From contig BFEA01000029.1 in the NCBI GenBank assembly GCA_003427395.1, positions 3,692,366 to 3,756,365 of the forward strand: a stretch of 64,000 nt of DNA, written 5' to 3'. The position numbers and the translations under genes are program-made. The notes beneath the pieces are model-generated. The model saw nothing but the letters and a program-made list of their open reading frames with translations, was not told where the DNA came from and did not search any database. Positions 12,533-23,499 of this stretch are shown piece after piece. This stretch comes from Chara braunii. Its lineage: Eukaryota > Plantae > Charophyceae. Numbering within the stretch: the stretch's first letter is position 1; every line of letters begins with the position of its first letter.

Positions 12533-13390
12533 TGTGATCAAGACAACAACACACAAGTGAGTATGCAAGGACACCACAGATCAACCAACACTCTAACACA
12601 ATCAATTGTTAGCTTTCTCTCTTTATGGTTGTACTATCTACAACAACCAAACACATTACACACTCAATACCTCACTCAGCCACGCAGGCCACGTATCACC
12701 CCTGGAATGCCAACACAACACGTTAATGGAGTCTGCCACGTCAGCACATCAAGAACCCGTAGGGTGTACAAGGGGGATGCCACGTCAGCAATGCGTGTCT
12801 GTCACACATATTACACTGGCATGCCACGTCAGCGCCTATTCAGCAGGTACTCACGACACAGGTGCGTTCCACGTCAGACCATGCCCTGCCAAATACCATG
12901 TCAGCATTCCATATTATGCCACGTAGACACTATGCCACATCAACGGTCCAATTCATACACTTTATCTGTTTGGACCGCGCCACGTCAACCTGTTGTCAAT
13001 GAAGCTCTCGCAGGTATCTTCAACGCAGCTACATCATCATCTTCAAGGGACAGTTGCTCACAAGTGCATTACTACAATGTCTAGACTTGCCGTATGACCT
13101 CGGGCATTAATAAACGCGTTTCGTTTTGCACATGCGCCACCTCCAATTTACACACTTTATCAGAAGTCGTCAAATACTTGTAGAGTCGGTATCTGCAGCA
13201 AAGTCTCCAACTCATGAAGAAATATCTCAAACAGTATCTCATTATTATCAATAGAAGAGAGTGGAGGGGGAACAAACAAAGGAGAAGATGACGATTCACA
13301 CAATAATCCCTTCTGAACCCTCTCTGAGTCCTTCTCCGGGTTTTTTCTCTCTCAACATCAGTAATGATAATCAGTATATTCCTGATCACA
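12533..13390 (-). repeat. Candidate 5' LTR (858 bp)
   Basis: Perfect 8-bp terminal inverted repeats TGTGATCA (12533-12540) and TGATCACA (13383-13390), adjacent to the PBS-like TGG. No partner LTR is in the window, and the true LTR may extend further right. Confidence 0.5.
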
Positions 13391-13745
13391 CACGGAAGTG
13401 CCACGTGTCACTCAATCTCATGAAGACCATGAAGACATTGCAGATTCTAGTATCGACTTCAACCTCAGGTGAGTACCCGTTCTTCTTTAACCACAGATCC
13501 CTATCTTCCTCCTCCTCGCAATCAGTCACCTCATGTACACAGCGTGGACAATGCCACATCCCCAATGAAGACCAATAGCAGCACCACGTATATCAGAGGC
13601 AGCACCACATCAACATGCCACATAGACCAGAGGCAGCGCCACATCAGCATGCCACATAGACCAGAGGAAGCACCACGTAAACCAGAGGCAGTGCCACATC
13701 AACATGCCATGTAGACCAGAGGCAGCGCCACGTCAGCATGGCGTG
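12685..13745. promoter_or_regulatory. Cluster of GCCACGTCA/GCCACATCA (G-box/Hex-like) motifs
   Basis: More than 15 copies of (T)GCCAC(G/A)T(C/A)A, including a ~33-bp tandem unit ATGCCACATAGACCAGAGGCAGCGCCACATCAGC at 13580-13745. Confidence 0.6.
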
Positions 13746-15564
13746 ACGCACTGTAGAAGCGCCAGCATGCTGCCTCTACCTCGTTTCGTCATCCGCAACG
13801 CTTGTACACAGCCAACATGAAGCCAGCGTCGTGTTTAAAGTCGAGTCAGTGTCAAAGCAGCATAGCAAGACTGAATGCTGACCACCTCGAGGCCAGTCTT
13901 TAAGTAGCGTTGACAAGACTCTCTGGCCTCGGGTCTCCTCCCCTCGGTTGTCCAGATTGCTTCACAGTCGAAGGCCTGGATTGTGCAGTTGCAGATTTTC
14001 CCCTTGGACCTGATGCTGTCTGGGTACCTGCATACAAGCAACTGTGTGTGTCCGACCGGCGCCCTGGGCTGGGTACACTTAACTTTGACTGTTGGAATTT
14101 CTAGCAGTTGACTTAGTCAACTGTTCCTCGTCCAGACCCTGAATCTTTGTTGGGGTTTATTCCCCCGTTATGGCCTGGGCCTGAGTGTGGTCTGGCGAGG
14201 CTTTCAAATTCCACGAGGCTTACTACATGGGTTATTGCAATCTCTGCATAAGAGCACATTCAGATTCAGATGCGGAATCCTTTTTTTTTTCTTCTTTTCT
14301 TCTTGCAATTTTGGTTTCCTTTCCTTGTTTTCGACTTTTGTTTCTTTTTTTGTTCCTTTTCTTTTTCTTTCCTTTTCCTTTCATTTCTCTTCTCTTCTCT
14401 TTTCTTTTCTTCTCTTCTCTTCTCTTCTCTTCTCTTCTCTGCATAAGTCTGTTCTGCCTGACAGCGGGAAGAGAGAGTAGGCAAGCTGCGGCTAAACAGC
14501 TCGTGCAGCCATAGCTAATCCAGACTCGAGATCCAACACACGCAAGCGTAAGTCAAAATCAAATGCAAACTGTTTGCAAACTGCCAGAGAGCAACGTGTG
14601 GATCCCCCGAACGGTTTCAACCGCCCACCATAGGTATCATCAGGAGCGTGACTCCAACAAGTCTTCGTGCTAAAAGGGGGTGCTTAAGCCTTGCACCCCG
14701 TCTTAGTGCTTCGCCATGGAGTCATATCTCGCCGGAGGTCGAAGTAAAATACAATAAAATAGTATTGTATCCCTCAACGACCAAGACTGAATACCATGGA
14801 CTGTTGACTGTACCACACGGCTTTTCCATCACTCGGTATCAGGGCTTATACAGGTCTAGATACACCGTTCCAAAATCGCAGAATAAGTCTCGACTCCCTT
14901 TCTTGGTATCGACGAGAACTCTTCAAGTTTGCACCCACGAAACTAGCAACTCTCAGCAATCTCTTGCTACCCGAATCCGAGTCAAATCGGGAGAAGACTG
15001 CGTCCTGAGTTCGGTCACAAGAAACCCTAAACCATATACATCTCAGACGTACGCGTGTTCATCTGCGTCCTCCGGATGACCTAAGAGGCCCCTAAGCATG
15101 GCTAACCAAAATGGGTCCCAGTGAGGTGTTCAAACACAAAAAACATATCCAGTAAAAAATAAATAAAACAAGTCTCAGTCCGCCGATCCAAACTACTAGA
15201 ATCAACAAGGGTCAAAACAAGGAGGACCAAAAATAGAACAAGCATGTCAGTATTGCCTAGACCCAAAAGAGAAAAGGGACGCCACTATCTAAAACAAGAT
15301 AATAAAAAGGCAAAAACAAAATGTTATTATTGCCTATAGCAAAAGACGAAAGGACCAAAAGGGTCGTCGTTCTCTAAAACAAGAGAGATACAAAACCAAC
15401 TACGCTACTAACATTCCATGTGTTTTTCTTTCTATCCTCGACCGTACTCTTATGGCATCCTTTGGTGAAGTTTGGTCTCCTCGTCCAGTCAGCAGGGGAT
15501 CTAAAGGCTGCCAGCAGGTAACTTAGTGTCTGGTTCGACAATGCCTTGGCCAAATTGGCCATGG

Positions 15565-15646
15565 CAGAGAGAGAGAGAGAGAGAGGCGCAACCCTCCCTC
15601 CTGGCGTGTTTGTATTTTTGCAAAGAAACAAAGAGAGAGAGAGAGA

Positions 15647-15730
<84 letters not shown>

Positions 15731-15925
15731 NNNNNNNNNNNNNNNNNNNNNNNNNNNNNNNNNNNNNNNNNNNNNNNNNNNNNNNNNNNNNNNNNNNNNN
15801 NNNNNNNNNNNNNNNNNNNNNNNNNNNNNNNNNNNNNNNNNNNNNNNNNNNNNNNNNNNNNNNNNNNNNNNNNNNNNNNNNNNNNNNNNNNNNNNNNNNN
15901 NNNNNNNNNNCTCTCTCTCTCTCTA
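15565..15925. repeat. (GA)n/(CT)n microsatellite with gap
   Basis: Direct observation. Confidence 0.95.
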
Positions 15926-18900
15926 AGAGAACAAAAAAAAAAACGGAGAAGGAGGGAGAGATGGGGGAGGAGGGAGGGGAGGACACGCTGGAATGACCAA
16001 GTTATCAGCGCTTAAATTATCTTGTGAACCGTTGAGACGAACGAGGTTGCGTTGCCACTTTATCGCTCTACCCGGGTGCGTCAACCGTACTTCTTACGGT
16101 TTTCTTTGACAGGATAGGTTTTCGTGAGGCACAACTTACCTTCCCTTAGGGATTGTCACCACATCTAGGGGTGTGTACCTACCGAGTCATTGACCCACGT
16201 ACAAAAACTTTTATATGCAATCGCAGAGGTGGACCAGGTGAGGGTGTTTGCTCGTTTCGGTAAAGCGTAGGCACATGTGGTTACAATGTCATATGAACCG
16301 GCACGTCGACTGTTCCCTAGGGAGTTGATCTCATAGGTACAGAATGCACGTCGGTCGACTAAGTCGGTCTCAACCAAGCGTGGAACCCCATAGGTAGTCC
16401 CTTATTCACAATTCAGTAAAGAATAATGATAATAAATATGCAACTCAAAAATAGATCGGTTGCGGTCGATAGAAAGATAAATATATTTATGCAGATAAAT
16501 AATCTCATAATCATCGCGCGCTCATGCCACCGGCAAAATAAATTTGTCGGGAGTCACACAGTTTGAAGGGCATAGATATATATATTAGATTCAGTCATGC
16601 GAGGCCGACTTGATCCATGTTGGAAAGACATACCACTTTGATGCGGGAACCAACCTCAATCGAGCTCTTGACTTAACGAGGTGGTTTGCTAAAGCTATTC
16701 ATTCCATGTTGGATAAGGTGCGCATGCACCCGTCTCTTTAATTTTCTAACCTCCTTGGCTGGCAGACTGCTTTGTGGATGATTATCGATCAAGGATATTA
16801 CTCAAAGTATTGCATTTCTAACAATGATTTTTATCCGCATGTTTCAACCACTAACTCTGTCACTCTCCCACTATTAACATTTACTAACACCCTTATCCGG
16901 TTGTCGGTCGACCGCGAACCATTTAGCCTTGGCCTGCAATCCTTTTATTTTCCCATCTGCTAACTCCATTGGGTTTCTACAACCCTTTGTCATTGTAAAA
17001 GGTGTCTTAGCTTTGACCAACACATGCGCGTGATCCTTATCTTTCGCGTGTGCGATCACCCCTCAATGTTGAAGCATGATAGCATCGTCATCGGGGCTAT
17101 CTGAATATTATCCATTCGGTTGGTCCTAACTTAATTTTTTTTTAAATTTTATTACCCCATCGAGCCAAGGGTAGAATGACCTTGCTAATAGTAACATCTA
17201 GATTAAATAACCGTTGTAGATTCAGTGAAACCGACAGAAGGTCACACATAGGCATGATATAGTTGATGCCCTTCTAGTGTCTGAGTCTCCAAAAGATCAA
17301 GGCGTGCGAGCTCGGTATCATCGAGAATCAACATCGAGACATGAATGTCGTGCACAATCCACATCGTTCGAACATCGTAGAGAGCGGTCATTTGAGAAGC
17401 TAGCCTCCACACTATGGTCTGGGAAGGACGACTCATCCTGATAAGGTGTCGTGTCATGGTGTTCCTAATCTGGACGACACCAAAGCGGTCGCCAGATGGG
17501 GTGTTTTTTACACTCACAATGACTCGAGAGAGACATTGAAGGTTACTCGCGCGGTAAAAATATAAAGCATATCCATAAAAATCATTTGGGAGTCGAGCCA
17601 CATTGACCCGAACATCGGCACGCGAGCTTAGGAAAAGTCTCGGGCCATCTCTGAGCGTGCCAATAAAACCGATTCACCGAGTCGGCTGCAACATCTCGTA
17701 CCAACAAAAGTTGTTCTGCTCGCCGGATTAACTCCTCGTCGGAAGTGTCGTGAACCAACAACTACCACGCCTGTATCAGATACCGGTGACTGTCATTCAT
17801 CTGTCCATAGAATGGAGTCACACTACATGTCAATAAGTAGTTGCTCCAACGCAGAGCGTTACTCCTTTCCATCCCCTTTTCTAGACTGATGTTTTTTATT
17901 GCATGAGTTTTCCACGATAGTGGTGCTTACTCGTACCCCACTCAAGCTAGTAATTTCACGAACTGGGTTTCGTATGGCGCCAGTTCCCTATCTGCTAGTG
18001 GCGCCTAAGTTAGTCACTTCCCAGGCTTACTAAAACAACCCTTTTTTTTATCGAGACTCGGGGGGTTGCCATTTTGCCAAGACTTCCCTTAGTTCGCACA
18101 TCCCCAACTCTTTTGGAGGTAGGTTGAGGTACTCCTCCCCCTTGCCCAAGCACGAAGCCCGGATCTCAGAGATCGGGCCGTCACCACCGAATCGGCACAG
18201 TACCTCCCCTGATATTCGGGTCCATGTGGGTAGACCCACACCTTGAGCCGTTAATGGGGCCGTCTCCTAAAGTCACTATCTCCCGACTCAGACCCTTTTT
18301 GGAGAGATGGATGCGCACCAGCCATAGGCGGCCTTGCCTGTTTCCCTTCCTCCCTCACCAAAGGAACCTTAAACAAATTGTGACGTAGGGAGCAACGAGG
18401 AAAGGGCTTTATTGAGACTGGGCTCAAATCAAGGTGAGGCATTTGGGAAAGAATGGGTTGCCAAGGGGAAAAAGTTAAATCTAATTAATTTTTTCTTCTT
18501 TATACTTGTAAGTTCTTTTACGGCGCCCATTAATTTCTCCCTTTGCAAAGCACGTCCATTTGACATGCGGCCGGGCAAAAGGTTGGAAAAATTTCATCAT
18601 CCCTTGTCGATACCATTAAAAAAAAATTCTCATACATCCTTTTACCTACCTGCACATAATACAAAAGACAAATCCAAAGCTCATTCCAGTCTCATCTCTA
18701 CGTCAGATTTTACCTCTCTCATGCATGACCCACAAAACTTTTACGCTACCTTCCCCCTTTTCAACAAAAATAAAGCAAAGGTCAAGCAAAGTGTAGATTC
18801 ATACAGGTGTCAGGGAACATCCGAGTCAATCAACTGACCTTGAGTGAAGTTTGGATTGACTCGCTCAAGAAAACCAAGTAATTTTCCAATCAAGATAATT

Positions 18901-19986
18901 GTCACTGAAGTTCAAATTACTTGACCCCCAACTCCACAAGCCGTGGTTTCCCCCCAACGAATGACGAACCTGTCCTTCCTCAAATACCCAAATCGGCAAT
19001 TGTTGAACCACAAAGAAAACTCAATTGAGCTAATCCTCTAGAAGGGTGTTCCCTAGAGTAAATCACTTGTGGTTCAATATCTCAATGCAGTCCAAATTGC
19101 AGTCCAAATGCAGTCTCAATTGTCCATCAACCTCTACGGACTGCCTTAATTCAATCGCCATCCAAATCACTTCCAATTATCGCGCCCACATAAGGTAACC
19201 TCAACAACCGCTTGCGCGCCAACCTCAAATTGGTCCCCAAATTGGTCCCCAAATGGCTCCACACAGCCTCCCACTGACACCACATCAATAAAAAGGTTCC
19301 CAAAATAGTCCCGGGTAGTTCCTCACCGACCTGCACCGCACTGGATGGTTCCAAAAGCATAACAGTTTGCGCCGCACGTCCCCAAAAAAATAAGGGAGGC
19401 CTTTCAATACAAATACTGAAACGGCACCACCTCAACCACCATACCGTTGCTGTCATGCCGCCAAACGGTCACGGGTTACCACTGACGTTTTAGCAACATC
19501 GCCATTCGATACGAGAAAACAATCAATATACCTCATAATTTCGGCAGGACCATCGCTCGACCCAAAACAAATTCACTTCGCCGCACAATTTCAGAAGCAC
19601 CTCCGTTTTGGATGTTGTCGGCGTGATGAAAAGTTTGTCCAGCATGGTCCCCCTTAGCATGCCACCATTGCCACTTTTCCAAACGGACAGCACCTCCCTT
19701 CATGGTAAAAGAAATCGACGTTACACTGCCAAATGGACAACTCTTCCCCGACGTGTGCCGCTTACCGCACAACCAGATCCTGACGCAGCCTATCGGTCGC
19801 GACACCAACGTAGGGGCAGGGCAATGTTCTCCCAGCCTCTGGCTATGGTTGCCCTCTTTCCACTCTCTATTTCCCTTGCAGACCACCAAGCCTTCCTCGA
19901 CAACCTCTCCCCTTGTTCAATAAACAAAGATGTTATAAGTTGACCAATACTTAAATGAGTAGAGTCAGAACAACATCTACGCAAGT

Positions 19987-20265
19987 CAGTGAATCCCCCT
20001 CGGCGGCGGACAGGCGCAGCCAAGTCCGCGGCCGCGGCCGAGTCCGCGACCCCGCGAATGCGTCCTCGCGGACGCGTGGCGGCCGCTGGGGAAGGGGGTT
20101 TGGGAAACGGGAAGCGCCACGTGGCGGCGCAACCCCAGCCCCACCCCATCAGGCAAAAAAAAACGAAAAAAATCTAATTTTTGGTTGGGGGGGGGTAAGG
20201 GCGAAATCGAAGAAAATAGGGAAAAAAAACGCGTTTTTTTTTTTTTTTTTTTTTTTTTTCTTCCG

Positions 20266-20316
<51 letters not shown>

Positions 20317-20396
20317 GTTGGTTGGGGCGGGGTCGCCCCGCGCCCCTTTGATTGATTGATTGATTGATTCGATTTTGCTTTTTTTTTTTTGATTCG

Positions 20397-20446
<50 letters not shown>

Positions 20447-20846
20447 CGCGGGGGNNNNNNNNNNNNNNNNNNNNNNNNNNNNNNNNNNNNNNNNNNNNNN
20501 NNNNNNNNNNNNNNNNNNNNNNNNNNNNNNNNNNNNNNNNNNNNNNNNNNNNNNNNNNNNNNNNNNNNNNNNNNNNNNNNNNNNNNNNNNNNNNNNNNNN
20601 NNNNNNNNNNNNNNNNNNNNNNNNNNNNNNNNNNNNNNNNNNNNNNNNNNNNNNNNNNNNNNNNNNNNNNNNNNNNNNNNNNNNNNNNNNNNNNNNNNNN
20701 NNNNNNNNNNNNNNNNNNNNNNNNNNNNNNNNNNNNNNNNNNNNNNNNNNNNNNNNNNNNNNNNNNNNNNNNNNNNNNNNNNGTGTGTGTGTGTGCGCGT
20801 GTGTGTGTGTGTGTATGCGCGCGCGATTCCAAGATCGCCGCGCGAA

Positions 20847-20909
<63 letters not shown>

Positions 20910-20955
20910 ACGTGGTGGGTGGCGGGGGGGTGGGGCGACTACTCACCCACCACCG

Positions 20956-21017
<62 letters not shown>

Positions 21018-21460
21018 CCCTTTTTTTTTCTTTTTTTTTTAATTTTGCATCTGCATTTTTTCAAAACACCTCATACTTCTGCAAAAAACATAAATTCATT
21101 TCTAAAAAAATACAGGTAAACTCACGAACCATATATCTCATGATAAAAAATGACCAAAAAAAATTCCTGCTTTTCTTTATATATATATTTTTTAATTTTC
21201 TTTAAATCCAATTTCGTTTTTGATTTTTTAAAAATCCTAAATAAAATCGGATTCAAAAAAAAAAAAAATGGGGTTGTAGGGCTCAAAATTCCCTACAACC
21301 CCATATTTTTGTATTTTTTTTTACCTATTATTTAATTCAGGAAAATTCGTGTAAAATCGGGTCCGCGGTGCGGACCAGGTAGGCCGCGGATGCGGACCCA
21401 TTTGGGTCCGCGATCCGAGCTCGACCCCGCGGACGCGTCCGCGGGTGTTTCCCCGATGCA
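19987..21460. mobile_element. Candidate non-autonomous DNA element with GTCCGCG subterminal repeats enclosing (TGAT)n, (GT)n and (ATCA)n
   Basis: GTCCGCG/CGCGGAC clusters at 20020-20080 and 21360-21445 flank inverted ATCA tracts. Clean TIR/TSD not resolved. Confidence 0.4.
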
Positions 21461-22037
21461 ATTATGAGGCTGCGAGGGGAAGAGTTGCCCTTTTATAGTT
21501 ACTAAAAGGAAGTGGGCAACACCTCTTACCCCCTGGTGAAATTGCGAGCACAATCTGAGCCCTTGATCTAAGTCGAGATCAAGGGTCCAACGAGGTCGAG
21601 CTTAGGCCACACACTTAGGGAGGCAGTTACTTTCAACTGCCTCCTTTTTATTTTCTTTATTTGAATTTTGAACTAAGCTATCTCATAATTTCACGAGACG
21701 GTTGAAAGCCTGCCATTTCCAAAACATCTTTTCTTTTATTCTATTCGATTTTTCTTTGAAGAGCTATGGCTCAGTTTGACGTACTCGACACACTTTCCAG
21801 CACAGGTACGTCACAAAAATGGTTGCACCAGGCCATTTTTGCAGAGGGACTTTTCAGTTTAGGTGGCCTCTCACTCCCTGGTCACACTCGACCTCTGATT
21901 GTGTGCACCCAGGTTACTTTACGACCACGTTCACGTGGTAGTTCTTTTTCCTTGTTTTTTTTTTTCCCCTTTGACAAATCCCTCATTTTTTCCCAGTGAT
22001 GGAGGGTAGTCCACTCGTTTCAAACGAAATGCCAGTG

Positions 22038-22086
22038 CTTTCACAGTGCCAAACTAGAGTCAAGCTCAACAGGGTCATCTTTCCCC
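22038..22086 (-). rRNA. ~50-bp 28S (LSU) rRNA fragment, not a functional gene
   Basis: The minus strand GGGGAAAGATGACCCTGTTGAGCTTGACTCTAGTTTGGCACTGTGAAAG matches the conserved eukaryotic LSU domain V motif GGGGAAAGAAGACCCTGTTGAGCTTGACTCTAGT with one mismatch. Confidence 0.8.
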
Positions 22087-22789
22087 CATGCCCGGCGCCT
22101 GTATTTGGTGCAAGAGGAGCGCCAGGTCCAGGCGCCCGTTCACAACTCGCTTTGAGCAAACAGGCGAAAATTAGGCTCTCCCTAAGAAATAAAAATCATA
22201 AAGAAAAAAAAAAAGTTAGTAAAAAGCAAAATAAAGAAAATACCGAAAGAGAAGAAAAAAAAAAACTCACCTTCGTTGTCACGGCTGCCCGTAAAAAAAC
22301 ACCACTCCAATTCACAAGAGGCTGAAGCCCTCGTTTTTATCGATCGCACCATATGGCGCTTAACTCCCTCTCCCCTTCTTTTTTTCTCTTATTATTATTA
22401 TTATTTTCGTCGCTGCAGCCAGTTCAACGAAATAAGGGGCGCCAAAAAAAAAAAAAGGAAAAAATAAAATAAAATCTAAAGCAGAATCTAAAAAAAAGTA
22501 AAATAAAAACAAAAAGAGAAAACGGTTGCCCATAGTTTCGGGCGCCTACAGAGCTCACTTCCCTTCTGCTAGTTTCTGCCCGCCATCTGGCAGGTCACTT
22601 CTCCCCCTCTTTCTTTTTGGTCCGCCCCCCCGGCCCCTACCCCGTTGGCTTACTAGGCTAACGGTCATATCAGTCACGTGACTCTCAGCCACAGATTGTT
22701 GAAATATAAACCTGAGTTCAATCCTTCACGGGATTGAAAAAAAACAAAAAAAATCAAACATTTTTCCGATTTTTATGTGTCACCCTCGT

Positions 22790-23396
22790 TGTCGGCGCGA
22801 ATACCCTTACAAGGGTATCCGCCCTGGTTTTTGCAAGTGACAGAAAGGCTCGGTTAACCTGGATTTGAAGTGCCCGCGCGGGGAAATGCGAGGGTCGTTC
22901 GCACGCGGGCAGAGGCCTGCCTTGCCCCGGTAGGGAGTACGTGGGTGCGCAATTTGTAAGGCGCGCGTGTGATTCTTCTGATTGAGTGAGCGGTCGGGGT
23001 AGGTGACCGACCCGGACCATGTTATGGCCTTGGTTAGGGAATGAAAGTTTGTTCTTGATCGGTGTGCGCGGCCCAGCGGTAGGATTGGCGCGCCGATAGG
23101 CGTATGGGATGGCCCGAGCACAGGCTGGTAGGCCGGCGCGGACGCTTAGGGGCCGTGAATGTAGATGGGGGCCGGAATAGTGGCCCGAGGCGGTATCTTG
23201 GCCCGAAACCGCCACGCGATACCACTGTACATGGGAAGCTGCGCCTGCTGGTTACAGGCTTGGGCTTAGCCCTATTGGTTACGGCGTTGGACTATTGCGG
23301 CGAAGGTACGGAGATCGAGGCTAGCGGACTACGGTGCGGGAGCGGCGAAAGGATTGAGGGGTTGATGGGCCCGTGGGACTATCCCCCTCGCCTTTT
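22790..23396 (-). repeat. LTR-like terminus (22790-23381) preceded on the minus strand by a polypurine tract (23382-23396)
   Basis: Minus strand: AAAAGGCGAGGGGGA, then TAGTCCC..., ending ...GGATACCCTTGTAAGGGTATTCGCGCCGACA. The terminal ~100 bp is homologous to 44760-44857, and the terminal ~45 bp to 55682-55727. Confidence 0.5.
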
Positions 23397-23499
23397 ACAG
23401 TTGTGGCAGCCGCGATTCCCGCCCGATTGCCGCATGTTGCGGGGTTATAAATATGTTTATCTATGTATAATTTATTTATTTCGGATTTTGTTACTGTTA

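Larger units (their letters stand above)
7362..13390 (-). mobile_element. Degenerate Ty3/Gypsy LTR retrotransposon (gag-PR-RT-RH-IN order)
   Basis: All domains occur in Gypsy order on the minus strand, with many stops and frameshifts. The element continues at 290-382 beyond the hAT. Confidence 0.93.

Noticed and set aside
14595-14650. Minus-strand CTGATGA...GAAA hammerhead-like match
   Set aside because: Stems I, II and III cannot be formed convincingly.
21560-21650. Two perfect 10-bp hairpins, the second followed by a T run, resembling a rho-independent terminator
   Set aside because: Eukaryotic TE context with no upstream gene. More likely subterminal palindromes of a DNA element.
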